Shown here: in pieces, positions 48,920 to 58,765 of the stretch | Position numbering within the stretch: the first letter of the stretch is position 1 | Layout: each line of letters begins with the position of its first letter | NCBI GenBank assembly: GCA_963734535.1 | Contig: CAVTHS010000003.1 | Span: 320,001-384,000 of the forward strand | Direction: 5' to 3' | Source: an uncultured Chloroflexia bacterium | Lineage (GTDB): Bacteria; Chloroflexota; Limnocylindria; Limnocylindrales; CSP1-4 | Length of the DNA stretch: 64,000 nucleotides | Position numbers and translations under genes: made by a program | The notes under the pieces: generated by a model | What the model was told of the DNA's origin: nothing | What the model saw: only the letters and a program-made list of their open reading frames with translations | Database searches by the model: none

Positions 48920-50452
48920 ATGGAGAACCCCGTCGTTGCGGCGGTGGCCCTTGTCGTGGCCATCGTCGGCGGCCTCGTTGTCGGATTCGTCGCGCGCGGC
49001 CTCGTCGCCGCCCAATCCGTCCGCGGCGCCCAGGAGAAGGCCGGCCGGATCCTGGCCGAGGCCCGGACCCAGCAGAAAGACCTGATCCTCGAGGCCAAGG
49101 ACGAGAAGCTCCGGTTCCAGCGCGAGGCGGAGGACGAGGCGCGCGCCAAGCGCGCCGAGCTCAGCGGCCTGGAGCGCCGTCTCCTGACCCGCGACGAGCA
49201 GCTGGACCAGCGGACGGACATGCTCGAGCAGCGCGATCGGAAGCTGCTGGAGAAGGAGCGCGACCTCGACCACCTGCGCGACGAGCTCGCCTCCTCGCGG
49301 GCGGAGCAGATTGCCGCGCTCGAGCGGGTCAGCGGGATGACCGCCGAGGATGCCAAGGCGGTGATCCTCGACGCGGTGCGCGCCGAAGCCGAGAACGATG
49401 CCGTCCGGCTCTCCCGCTCCATCGAGCGCAAGGCTCGCGACGAGGCCCAGGACCGGGCCCGCGAGGTGATCGTCACGGCCATCCAGCGCGTCGCGGCAGA
49501 CCACACGGCGGAGCACACGGTCTCCGTGGTGCACCTGCCGTCCGACGAGATGAAGGGCCGGATCATCGGCCGCGAGGGACGCAACATCCGGGCGCTCGAA
49601 CAGGCCACGGGCATCGACCTGATCATCGACGACACGCCCGAGACCGTGATCCTCTCGGGCTTCGATCCGGTCCGCCGCGAGGTCGCCCGGATCGCGCTCA
49701 CGAAGCTGATGGCCGACGGCCGGATCCATCCGGGCCGGATCGAGGAGGTCGTGGCAAAGGCGCGTGCCGAGGTGGACCTCGTGATCCGCCAGGCCGGCGA
49801 CGCGGCCGCCTACGACGCCGGCGTGCCGGGCCTGCCCTCCGAGATCACGCGCCTCCTGGGCCGGCTGAAATACCGCACGAGCTACGGGCAGAACGTGCTC
49901 AACCACGTCATCGAGACCAGCCGCCTCGCCGCCGTCATCGCCGCGGAGCTCGGCGCGGACGTGCTGGCCGCCAAGACGGGCGGCCTCCTCCACGACATGG
50001 GGAAGGCGGTGGACCACGAGGTGGAGGGCCCGCACGCGGCGATCGGGGCCGCCATCGCCGCGCGCCACAACCTCTCGTTCAAGATCGTGAACGGGATCGC
50101 GGCGCACCACCAGGAGGTCGAGTACGCCTGCGTGGAGGCGCCAATCGTGCAGGTCGCCGATGCCATCAGCGCGTCGCGTCCGGGCGCGCGGGGCGAGTCC
50201 GTGGAGCTCTACCTCAAGCGGCTCGAGGACCTCCAGGCAATCGCCGGGAGCTTCGCGGGCGTGGACCGGTCGTTCGCCGTCCAGGCCGGTCGCGAGGTGA
50301 GGATCCTCGTCCGGCCCGAGGAGATCGACGACGTGTCGGCGTCGCGGCTTGCCCGCGACATCGTCAAGAAGATCGAGGATTCGCTGACCTACCCGGGCCA
50401 GATCAAGGTGACCGTCATCCGCGAGACGCGCTCCGTCGAGTACGCGAAATAG
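48920..50452 (+). CDS. rny: Ribonuclease Y
   Basis: N-terminal TM, coiled coil, KH KGRIIGREGRNIR, HD LLHDMGK, SRPGAR. Confidence 0.96.
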   Translation: MENPVVAAVALVVAIVGGLVVGFVARGLVAAQSVRGAQEKAGRILAEARTQQKDLILEAKDEKLRFQREAEDEARAKRAELSGLERRLLTRDEQLDQRTDMLEQRDRKLLEKERDLDHLRDELASSRAEQIAALERVSGMTAEDAKAVILDAVRAEAENDAVRLSRSIERKARDEAQDRAREVIVTAIQRVAADHTAEHTVSVVHLPSDEMKGRIIGREGRNIRALEQATGIDLIIDDTPETVILSGFDPVRREVARIALTKLMADGRIHPGRIEEVVAKARAEVDLVIRQAGDAAAYDAGVPGLPSEITRLLGRLKYRTSYGQNVLNHVIETSRLAAVIAAELGADVLAAKTGGLLHDMGKAVDHEVEGPHAAIGAAIAARHNLSFKIVNGIAAHHQEVEYACVEAPIVQVADAISASRPGARGESVELYLKRLEDLQAIAGSFAGVDRSFAVQAGREVRILVRPEEIDDVSASRLARDIVKKIEDSLTYPGQIKVTVIRETRSVEYAK

Positions 50453-50454
50453 CG

Positions 50455-51276
50455 GTGGCCGATTCGCGGGCGGCGCGCCCCTGCCGGATCCTCATGCTCG
50501 GCGACGTGATCGGCCGCCCGGGCCGCGAGGCCGTCGAGCGCGAGCTGCCCGGCCTGCGCGACGTGCACGGGGTGGACTTCGTCACGGCCAACGGGGAGAA
50601 CCTCGCCGGCGGGATGGGCCTCACCACGTCGACGGCCGAGGCGCTCTACCGGGCCGGCGTCGACGTGATCACGTCGGGCAATCACATCTGGGACAAGAAG
50701 GAGATCCTGCCCGCCCTCGAGAAGGACGAGCGGATCCTGCGGCCCCACAACTACGGGACCGACGGCGTGCCGGGCCGCGGCTGGGGCGCGTACGTGGCGG
50801 CCGACGGGACGGACGTCGCCGTCCTCAACTTCCAGGGCCGCACCTACATGATCCCGATCGAGAACCCCTTCACCGACGCGGACCACCTGCTCGACGAGGG
50901 CGCCGACGCCCTGCCGCCCGTCCGACTCGTCGACTTCCACTGCGAGGTGACGAGCGAGAAGAACGCCTTCGGGCTGCACCTCGACGGGCGGGTCAGCGCC
51001 GTCGTCGGGACCCACACCCACGTCCCGACCGCGGACGAGCGCATCCTGCCGCGCGGGACGGCATACCAGAGCGACCTGGGGATGACGGGCCCCCTGCACA
51101 GCGTGATCGGCTTCGCGCCGGCCACCGTCCTGCCCCGCTTCATCAACGGCCTGCCGACGCGCTTCGAGGTCGGGACCTGGCCGGTGGTCCTCAACGGCCT
51201 CCTCATCGACGTGGACCCGGCCACCGGCCGCGCCCTCAGCGTCGAACGCCTCCGGCGGATCGTCGAGGCGGCCTGA
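50455..51276 (+). CDS. YmdB-like (TIGR00282) metallophosphoesterase
   Basis: GDVIG, NGEN, TSGNH, GTHTHV; follows rny. Confidence 0.92.
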   Translation: MADSRAARPCRILMLGDVIGRPGREAVERELPGLRDVHGVDFVTANGENLAGGMGLTTSTAEALYRAGVDVITSGNHIWDKKEILPALEKDERILRPHNYGTDGVPGRGWGAYVAADGTDVAVLNFQGRTYMIPIENPFTDADHLLDEGADALPPVRLVDFHCEVTSEKNAFGLHLDGRVSAVVGTHTHVPTADERILPRGTAYQSDLGMTGPLHSVIGFAPATVLPRFINGLPTRFEVGTWPVVLNGLLIDVDPATGRALSVERLRRIVEAA

Positions 51277-52191
51277 TGGGTCGCGGGCGCCGCGCGCCGC
51301 TCGTCGGGCGACTCGTCCCGCCCGAGCCCACGTCCGTGGACCTGCACACGCACACGAGCCGATCGGACGGGCTCCTGCGGCCCGGCGCGCTCGTGGCGGA
51401 CGCGGCGGCCGCCGGCATCCGGACCCTGGCCATCACGGACCACGACACGCTCGCCGGCTATCGCGACGTGGTCGCGCCCGGGGGACCGCCCCTGCCGGCC
51501 GGCCTCACGCTTCTTGCGGGCGTGGAGATCAACGCCGTCGGCGGGGGATTCGACGTGCCCGACGGCGAGCTCCACCTCGTGGGCCTCGGCGTCGACCCGG
51601 ACGACGAGTCGTTCGAGGCGGCCCTCGCCGAGCAGCGCGATGCTCGCCGGCGACGCTTCGAGCGGATGTCGGCACGTCTTCGCGCCGCCGGGCTCGGCGT
51701 TGATGCGCAGCTGGCCGGCCTGGACATCGCGCACGACGACGCGCTGGGCCGCCCGACCCTCGCCCGCGCCCTCGTGGCGGCCGGCTTCGCCGTCAGCGTC
51801 CAGGACGCGTTCACGCGGTTCGTCGGCCGGGGCGGGCCCGGCTACGTCCCCCGCGAGGGGCTCGGGCCGCTCGAGGCGATCCGTGCGATCCGGGGCGCCG
51901 GCGGGATCCCGGTGCTCGCCCACTTCTCCGCGGCCCCGTCCCGCCGGGTCCTCCTGCAGGAGCTCATGGACGCCGGCCTCCGCGGCCTCGAGGTGCACCA
52001 TCGAAGCTTCGACGCCGAGACCGTGAGCGCGGTCGGAGCCGTCGCCCGGGACCTCGGCCTGCTGGCGTCGGGCGGCACGGACTACCACGGCGACGACGAG
52101 CCGTATGCCGAGGCGATCGCCGAAACGTGGGTGCCGGCCGCCATCGCCGGGCGGCATCCTGGCGGCGCTCGAGGTGGGGGCAGTCGCATGA
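51276..52191 (+). CDS. PHP-domain phosphoesterase; apparent frameshift near 52153 fuses it to miaB
   Basis: DLHTHT..SDG, TDHD, LAH, GGTDYHG; alternative frame ILAALEVGAVA* ends in an ATGA overlap with the miaB start. Confidence 0.85.
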
Positions 52192-53909
52192 CGACCCGGA
52201 GCCTGCCGGTGATCGAGCTCGTCCTTCCCGCGGCCTCGCCCGCGGGACCGCGTCCCGCCGCGGCGGCCGACGCGCGCGTCGCCGAGTTCCGCCCCGAGGA
52301 CCAGTCGCTGCCGCGCTTCTGGGTCTGGACCCTGGGCTGCCAGATGAACCGGAGCGACTCGGAGGAGATGGCCGGACGGCTCCTGGCCGCGGGCTGCGCC
52401 GAGGCTCCCGGGATGGAGGCGGCCGACCTGGTCGTCATCAACACGTGCGCGATCCGGGAGGCAGCCGAGGCGAAGGTGATCGGCCGGCAGGGCGCGCTCG
52501 CCGCCCTCAAGGAGGCGAACCCGGCCCTCCGCGTTGTGCTGACCGGCTGCGCCGTGCGGGAGCGGGACCGGGCCGGGCTCCGGCGCCGGTTCCCCGCGGT
52601 CGACCTCTTCCTCCGCCCCGACGAGGAGCCGGAGCTCGTCGAGCGGCTGGGTCTCGCGTCCGCCCAGGGTGCCGTCGGCCTCGCCGGGGCGGCCGGATCG
52701 CCGCCGCCGGGTATCGTCGCCGCGCCGCCGGGCATCGTCGCCGCGCCCCCGCGCACGGCGGCGACCACCATTGTCAAGGGCGTCGCCGTCTCCGCGGCCG
52801 ATCACCTCGCGGGTTCCCGCGCCGACGCCGTCGCGTCGGGCGCCGTCCGGCGCGAGTCGGCGGTCGCCGCCTGGCTCCCGATCATCTACGGCTGCGACAA
52901 GACCTGCACCTACTGCATCGTCCCGTTCAGCCGCGGCCCGGAACGGAGCCGGCCGTTCGACGCCGTGGTGGACGAGGCGCGGGCGCTGGCCGCAGCCGGC
53001 TACCGCGAGATCACGCTCCTGGGCCAGAACGTCAACAGCTACGGCCACGACCTGCCGGCCGAGGCGCGCTTCGCCCACGTCGCCGAGGCGCGCCGCGCGG
53101 GGCGGCAGATCGACCGCGCCTCGCGGCCCGACCTCGCCGAGCTGATCCGGGCGATCGACGCGCTGCGCAACCCCGACGGCAGCCAGGCCGTCCCGCGCCT
53201 CCGCTTCGTCACCTCGCACCCGTGGGACCTCTCGGACCGGCTCGTCGACGCGATGGCCGGGGCGCCCGCCGTCTGCGCGGCGCTCCACCTGCCCGTCCAG
53301 TCCGGCGACGACGAGGTCCTCCACCGGATGGGCCGCCAGTACACGATCGAGCACTACCAGGAACGGCTCGGGCGCATCCGCGACGCGATCCCCGGCATCG
53401 CCGTCAGCACGGACGTGATCGTCGGCTTCTGCGGCGAGACCGAGGCCCAGTTCGGCGCGACGCTCCGCCTGCTCGAGTCGATCAGATACGAGCAGGTGTT
53501 CGCGGCCGCCTACTCGCCGCGCCCGGGGACCCCGGCGATGCGGCTCGCCGACGACGTCCCGGCCGCGGTGAAGCGGGAGCGGCTGAACCGGCTGCTCGCG
53601 GTCCAGGAGGAGATCGGGTTCGCCCGGAACCGGGAGCGCCTGGGGACCATCGCGTCCGTCCTCGTCGACACGCTGGAGCGGCCACGCGGGCACGACCATG
53701 ACGACGAGGGCGCGGAGCCGCCCGCCGCGACCCTTGCCGGTCGCGACCCGTTCGCCGCGCCGCTGCCGGACGGCTGGGTCCGCCTGGCCGGCCGCTCCCG
53801 GGAGAACCGGCTGGTCCACCTCGCCGGGCCCGCGGAGCTCGTCGGGAGGATCGTGGACGTGCGCATCGAGGCCGCCGGCCCGTACAGCCTGCGGGGAAGC
53901 CTCGCCTGA
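52188..53909 (+). CDS. miaB: tRNA ms2i6A37 methylthiotransferase
   Basis: TLGCQMN, NTCAIRE, CDKTCTYC radical SAM motif, LLGQNVN, C-terminal TRAM. Confidence 0.93.
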   Translation: MTTRSLPVIELVLPAASPAGPRPAAAADARVAEFRPEDQSLPRFWVWTLGCQMNRSDSEEMAGRLLAAGCAEAPGMEAADLVVINTCAIREAAEAKVIGRQGALAALKEANPALRVVLTGCAVRERDRAGLRRRFPAVDLFLRPDEEPELVERLGLASAQGAVGLAGAAGSPPPGIVAAPPGIVAAPPRTAATTIVKGVAVSAADHLAGSRADAVASGAVRRESAVAAWLPIIYGCDKTCTYCIVPFSRGPERSRPFDAVVDEARALAAAGYREITLLGQNVNSYGHDLPAEARFAHVAEARRAGRQIDRASRPDLAELIRAIDALRNPDGSQAVPRLRFVTSHPWDLSDRLVDAMAGAPAVCAALHLPVQSGDDEVLHRMGRQYTIEHYQERLGRIRDAIPGIAVSTDVIVGFCGETEAQFGATLRLLESIRYEQVFAAAYSPRPGTPAMRLADDVPAAVKRERLNRLLAVQEEIGFARNRERLGTIASVLVDTLERPRGHDHDDEGAEPPAATLAGRDPFAAPLPDGWVRLAGRSRENRLVHLAGPAELVGRIVDVRIEAAGPYSLRGSLA

Positions 53910-53911
53910 CG

Positions 53912-54877
53912 ATGGGGGAGGGGACCACGGCGGGCGAGCTCGCGGCGGCGCGGCGGCCACCGCTCGTCGTGATCGGCGGGCCCACCGCGACCGGGAAGAC
54001 GGACCTCGCGATCCGGCTCGCGCTGGCCCTCACCGACACCGGCCACCCCACCGAGGTGATCTCGGCGGACTCGCGCCAGGTCTACCGTGGCATGGATGTC
54101 GGGACGGCCAAGCCCACCATGTCCGAACGGCGGGGGGTACCCCACCACGGTCTCGACCTGGTCGATCCCGACGAGCCCTTCTCGGTTGCGGACTTCGCGA
54201 GCCACGTCGAGGCGATCCTGCCCGCGATCGCGGATCGGGGCGGGGTCGCGCTCCTCGTCGGCGGCACCGGCTTCTGGCTGCGCGCCATCGCCGATGGCAT
54301 CGCGCTCGACGCGCTTCCGTGGGACCCGGCGGTCCGGGCGGCGCTCGAGACCGACCTCGCCGGGCAGGGGCTGGGCTCCCTGGTCGCGCGCCTGCACGCG
54401 GTCGCGCCCGGGCTTGCCGGCCGGGTTGACCTGCGCAACCCGCGGCGGGTCGTGCGCGCCCTGGAGATCGCGACCCTCCAGGGCGACGGCCCGCTTCCGA
54501 CCCCGCGTGGCTACGGCGGCCCGGTCCTGCGCGTCACGCTCGACGTCGCCGATCGGCGAGCGCACGCCGCGTGGATCGCGAACCGAGCCGCGGCGCAGCT
54601 CGACGGCGGCATCCTCGAGGAGGCTGCGGCGCTGCGGGCGCGGTTCGATCCCGGCCTGCCGGCGTTCTCGGCGATCGGCTATCGCGAGGCGTGGGACCTG
54701 CTCGACGGCCGGCTCGACCGGCCCGCCTACCTCGAGGTCAACGTCCGGCGCAACGTGGCCTATGCGCGGCGCCAGCGGACGTGGATCCGCCGGGCGCCCG
54801 TCGACCTCGCCCTCGACGCGGCCGACGCGGGCGCGACGTCCGCCGCCATCGCCGCCGCGCTCGCCGCGGTCTCCTGA
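53912..54877 (+). CDS. miaA: tRNA dimethylallyltransferase
   Basis: GPTATGKT, ADSRQVY, GGTG, YARRQRTW. Confidence 0.95.
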   Translation: MGEGTTAGELAAARRPPLVVIGGPTATGKTDLAIRLALALTDTGHPTEVISADSRQVYRGMDVGTAKPTMSERRGVPHHGLDLVDPDEPFSVADFASHVEAILPAIADRGGVALLVGGTGFWLRAIADGIALDALPWDPAVRAALETDLAGQGLGSLVARLHAVAPGLAGRVDLRNPRRVVRALEIATLQGDGPLPTPRGYGGPVLRVTLDVADRRAHAAWIANRAAAQLDGGILEEAAALRARFDPGLPAFSAIGYREAWDLLDGRLDRPAYLEVNVRRNVAYARRQRTWIRRAPVDLALDAADAGATSAAIAAALAAVS

Positions 54878-54960
54878 GCTTCGCGTCCGCGCAGCGGGGG
54901 CCGGCGGGCGCGCCCGCGCGGTGCGAGAATCGCGCCGCCCACGCCCAGGAGGTACGCACG

Positions 54961-55425
54961 ATGCCCGCATTCGAGATCCAGGAGCGGGTAGCCCGGCCGG
55001 CGCTCGCGATCCGCCTCCACACGCAGGTCAGCGAGATCCCCCAGGCGCTCGCCGTGGCGCTGCCCGAGGTCTGGCAGGCGGCCGGGGCGATCGGCCTCGC
55101 GCCCGATGGGCCGCCCTTCACGCGCTACCTCACGGAACCCGCCGGCGGTGACCTCGACTACGAGGCCGGCGTCGGGCTGCTCGAGCCCGCGACCGCGGGC
55201 CACGGCCGGGCCGTGCCGATCGAGCTGCCCGGCGGCTCGGTCGCCGTCGCCTGGCACGTCGGCCCGTACGAGACGCTCGACCAGACCTACGGCGCCCTGA
55301 TGGGCTGGATCGCCGGGCAGGGCCGGTCGGTCGCCGGGCCGATGTGGGAGGTCTACTGGACCGATCCGGGAGCCGAGCCCGACCCGACCCGCTGGCGGAC
55401 GGAGGTGATCGTCCCGGTCGCCTGA
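54961..55425 (+). CDS. GyrI-like small-molecule-binding protein
   Basis: HVGPYETL..Y..L..WI...WEVY..DP; AGGAGG SD. Confidence 0.85.
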   Translation: MPAFEIQERVARPALAIRLHTQVSEIPQALAVALPEVWQAAGAIGLAPDGPPFTRYLTEPAGGDLDYEAGVGLLEPATAGHGRAVPIELPGGSVAVAWHVGPYETLDQTYGALMGWIAGQGRSVAGPMWEVYWTDPGAEPDPTRWRTEVIVPVA

Positions 55426-55511
55426 GGCGGCGGGGGACGGGCCGGTCGCCTCGACGCGGAGCAGAGCCCCGGGCGACTGCCGGCCGCGAGCCGGGCGGCT
55501 ATCCTGCCCGC

Positions 55512-56831
55512 ATGCCCAGGTCCTCCACGATCGATCTCGCCCAACCCGCCGAGAAGGCCTTCCTCGTCGCCGTCGACACGGGCGACGACCCGGGCTGGAA
55601 CGCCCAGGATTCGCTCGCCGAGCTCGCCTCGCTGGCCGAGACCGCGGGCGCGGTGGTCGTCGGCGCGGAGTGGCAGAACCGGCGCCACGTGGACCCGAAC
55701 TGGTACGTGGGCAAGGGCAAGGCGGAGGAGCTGGTGGCCGCGAAGGCCGAGACCGGCTTCGACCTTCTCGTCGCGGACGACGAGCTCTCGCCGGGTCAGC
55801 AGAAGGCGCTCGAGAGCCTCCTGGGCGTCAAGGTGATCGACCGGAGCCGGCTGATCCTCGACATCTTCGCGCAGCACGCCCGGACGCACGAAGGGCGCCT
55901 CCAGGTGGAGCTGGCCCAGCTCGAATACCAGCTTCCACGCCTCACCCGCCTGTGGACCCACCTCTCCCGGACCGGCGGCGGGATCGGCACCCGGGGCCCC
56001 GGCGAGAGCCAGCTCGAGACCGACCGCCGGCTGATCCGCGAGCGGATCAAGAAGATGAAGGAGCGCGTCGAGCAGGTCCGCCAGCAGCGCGCGACCGCGG
56101 CCCGCGGACGGGACCGGCGCCTCTACCCGACGGTGGCGATCGTCGGGTACACGAACGCCGGCAAGTCAACGCTCCTCAACGCCCTCGTCGGCAGCGAGGT
56201 GGCCCTTGTCGAGGACAAGCTCTTTGCCACGCTCGACCCGACGAGCCGCCAGGTCAAGCTGGGCGACGGCCAGACGGCGATCGTGACCGACACGGTCGGC
56301 TTCATCCACAAGCTGCCGCACCAGCTCGTGGACGCGTTCCGGGCGACCCTCGAGGAGGTGACCCGCTCGGACGTCCTGGTCGAGGTCGTGGATGCCTCCG
56401 ACGCCCACTTCGCGGAGCACCGGGTGACCGTCCAGACGGTCCTCGACGAGCTCGGGGCGGGGACCAAGCCGCGCCTTGCCGCCTTCAACAAGGCGGACCG
56501 GCTCGTCGCCGACGGCGGGACGGCGATCCAGGCCCCCATCGTCGCGGGCAGCGTCCTGGTCTCGGCGCTCACCGGGTTCGGCCTCGACGCGCTGCGCGAC
56601 GAGGTCGCGGCGCTGCTCGCGTCGCTCTGGGAGGACATCGACGTCGCCGTCCCGTACGCCGCGGGCGAGCTCCTGGCGCGCGTCCGGGAGCGCGGCACCG
56701 TGGACCTCGAGTACGGCCAGCGCGAGGTTCGCGTTCGCGGGCGCGTGGCGCCCGCCCTCGCGGGAGAGCTCTCGGCGGCCGCCGCGCGCTGGGAAGAGTC
56801 GGTCCGCGAGGCGCAGCGGGCGGACGCCTGA
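55512..56831 (+). CDS. hflX: Ribosome-splitting GTPase
   Basis: GYTNAGKSTL, FATLDPT, DTVGFI, NKAD. Confidence 0.96.
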   Translation: MPRSSTIDLAQPAEKAFLVAVDTGDDPGWNAQDSLAELASLAETAGAVVVGAEWQNRRHVDPNWYVGKGKAEELVAAKAETGFDLLVADDELSPGQQKALESLLGVKVIDRSRLILDIFAQHARTHEGRLQVELAQLEYQLPRLTRLWTHLSRTGGGIGTRGPGESQLETDRRLIRERIKKMKERVEQVRQQRATAARGRDRRLYPTVAIVGYTNAGKSTLLNALVGSEVALVEDKLFATLDPTSRQVKLGDGQTAIVTDTVGFIHKLPHQLVDAFRATLEEVTRSDVLVEVVDASDAHFAEHRVTVQTVLDELGAGTKPRLAAFNKADRLVADGGTAIQAPIVAGSVLVSALTGFGLDALRDEVAALLASLWEDIDVAVPYAAGELLARVRERGTVDLEYGQREVRVRGRVAPALAGELSAAAARWEESVREAQRADA

Positions 56832-56837
56832 GGCACC

Positions 56838-58706
56838 ATGACCGACGAGACTCCGCGCGTCCCGCCGGGCCCGGGAGATGTCGTCCGCGAGGTTCGCGGC
56901 CTGGGCGGCATCCCGTGGCGCCGCCTCGCGCGGTATCTCCGGCCGCACGTCGGGCGCTTCGTCCTGGCCCTCGTGGGGCTCGTCCTGTCGGCGGGCCTCG
57001 GGCTGCTCTTCCCGCTCCTGATCGCCCAGATCACCACGGTCGTCGTGGCCGGTGGCGAGATGGCCGGGCTCGACCGGATCGTCCTGCTCCTCATCGTCCT
57101 CTTCTCGGTGCAGGCCGTGGGGAGCTTCCTCCAGTCGTACTTCCTGGGGGTGGTGGGGGAGCGGATCGTGGCCCGGATGCGATCGGAGCTCTTCGCGCGG
57201 CTCGTGACGCTCTCGCTCGACTTCTATGTCACGGCGCGCGTGGGCGAGCTCGTCTCGCGCCTCTCGAGCGACGTGACGCAGGTCCGCACGATGCTGACCC
57301 AGACGATCACGAACCTGCTCGCCGCCTCGGTCGGGCTCTTCGGGTCGATCGTCATCCTGTTCGTGCTGAGCCCGACGCTCCTGCTGGTCGTCCTCGTGCT
57401 CGCGCCCGCCCTGATCGGCGTGGCCTACGCCTTCGGGCGCCCGCTCCAGCGGGTCAGCACCCAGGTCCAGGACGAGCTGGCCCGTGCCACGACGACGGCC
57501 GAGGAGGCGCTCTCCGGCATCCGGATCGTGAAGAGCTTCGTGCGCGAGGACTGGGAGACCCGGCGGTACGCGACGGACCTCGACCGGGTGGTTGCGCGGG
57601 CGACCCGGCTCGCCTTCTGGCGCGCGCTCTTCGGGGCCGTCATGACGTTCGTGGGATTCGGGGCGATCGCGGTCCTGCTCTGGTACACGGGCCGCCAGGT
57701 GATCGAGGGGACGCTCGCGATCGGGACCCTGACCAGCTTCCTGCTGTACGGCGTCTCCATCGCGGCGAACCTCGCGAGCATCGCCGGCCAGTACGGCCAG
57801 CTCCGCGAGGGATCGGGCGCGGTCCAGCGCGTCTTCGAGCTCCTCGACACCGAGCCGACGATCCTGGATCCCGTGCCCGCGCTGCCGCTGCCACCCGTCG
57901 CGGGCAGGATCAGCCTCGTCGACGTGTCATTCGCGTACCTGGCCGGCCGGCCCGTCCTGCGCCGGATCGACCTGGACATCTCGCCCGGCGAGATCGTGGC
58001 GCTGGTCGGCCCCTCCGGGTCGGGCAAGACGACGCTGTGCAACCTGATCCCGCGCCTGTGGGACGTCACGGACGGGGCGATCCGGATCGACGGGATCGAC
58101 ATCCGGGATGTCAGCGTGCAGAGCCTTCGCAACCAGGTCGGCCTGGTGCCGCAGGAGGCGACGCTGTTCGGCGGGACGATCCGCGAGAACATCGCGTACG
58201 GCAGGCTGGATGCGACCGAGGCGGAGATCATCGAGGCGGCCCGGGCCGCGTCCGCCCACGAGTTCATCGCCGAGCTTCCCCACGGCTACGAGACGCCGCT
58301 CGGCGACCGGGGCGCGCGGCTCTCGGGCGGCCAGCGCCAGCGGATCGCGATCGCGCGGGCGATCCTGAAGGATCCCCGGATCCTCCTGCTCGACGAGGCG
58401 ACCAGCTCGCTCGACAACGAATCGGAGCGCGCGGTCCAGGCCGCCCTCAACCGGCTCATGGTGGGCCGGACCACGCTCATCGTGGCCCACCGTCTCTCCA
58501 CGATCCGGGCCGCTCACCGGATCGCGGTCCTCGACGACGGCTGGCTCGTGGAGCTCGGCACGCACGACGAGCTCCTCGCGCGAGACGGCCTCTACGCGCG
58601 CCTCTACCGGCTCCAGTTCACCGCTGCGCCGGACCCCGATGTCGGCCTCCCGGTCCCCCCGGAAGGGTCCATCCGGACCCTAGACTCGCGCACCGCGCCC
58701 GCCTAG
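56838..58706 (+). CDS. ABC exporter, fused permease/ATPase
   Basis: TM domain plus GPSGSGKT, LSGGQRQR, LDEATS. Confidence 0.93.
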   Translation: MTDETPRVPPGPGDVVREVRGLGGIPWRRLARYLRPHVGRFVLALVGLVLSAGLGLLFPLLIAQITTVVVAGGEMAGLDRIVLLLIVLFSVQAVGSFLQSYFLGVVGERIVARMRSELFARLVTLSLDFYVTARVGELVSRLSSDVTQVRTMLTQTITNLLAASVGLFGSIVILFVLSPTLLLVVLVLAPALIGVAYAFGRPLQRVSTQVQDELARATTTAEEALSGIRIVKSFVREDWETRRYATDLDRVVARATRLAFWRALFGAVMTFVGFGAIAVLLWYTGRQVIEGTLAIGTLTSFLLYGVSIAANLASIAGQYGQLREGSGAVQRVFELLDTEPTILDPVPALPLPPVAGRISLVDVSFAYLAGRPVLRRIDLDISPGEIVALVGPSGSGKTTLCNLIPRLWDVTDGAIRIDGIDIRDVSVQSLRNQVGLVPQEATLFGGTIRENIAYGRLDATEAEIIEAARAASAHEFIAELPHGYETPLGDRGARLSGGQRQRIAIARAILKDPRILLLDEATSSLDNESERAVQAALNRLMVGRTTLIVAHRLSTIRAAHRIAVLDDGWLVELGTHDELLARDGLYARLYRLQFTAAPDPDVGLPVPPEGSIRTLDSRTAPA

Positions 58707-58765
58707 CATCGGACGCTGGGGGTCCTCTCACGCAGCGCGCCGTCCCAGCCGAGGATGACCTGATC

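Noticed and set aside
51276-53909. Novel PHP-MiaB fusion protein
   Set aside because: One extra base explains it; miaB has its own SD and an ATGA overlap with the corrected PHP stop
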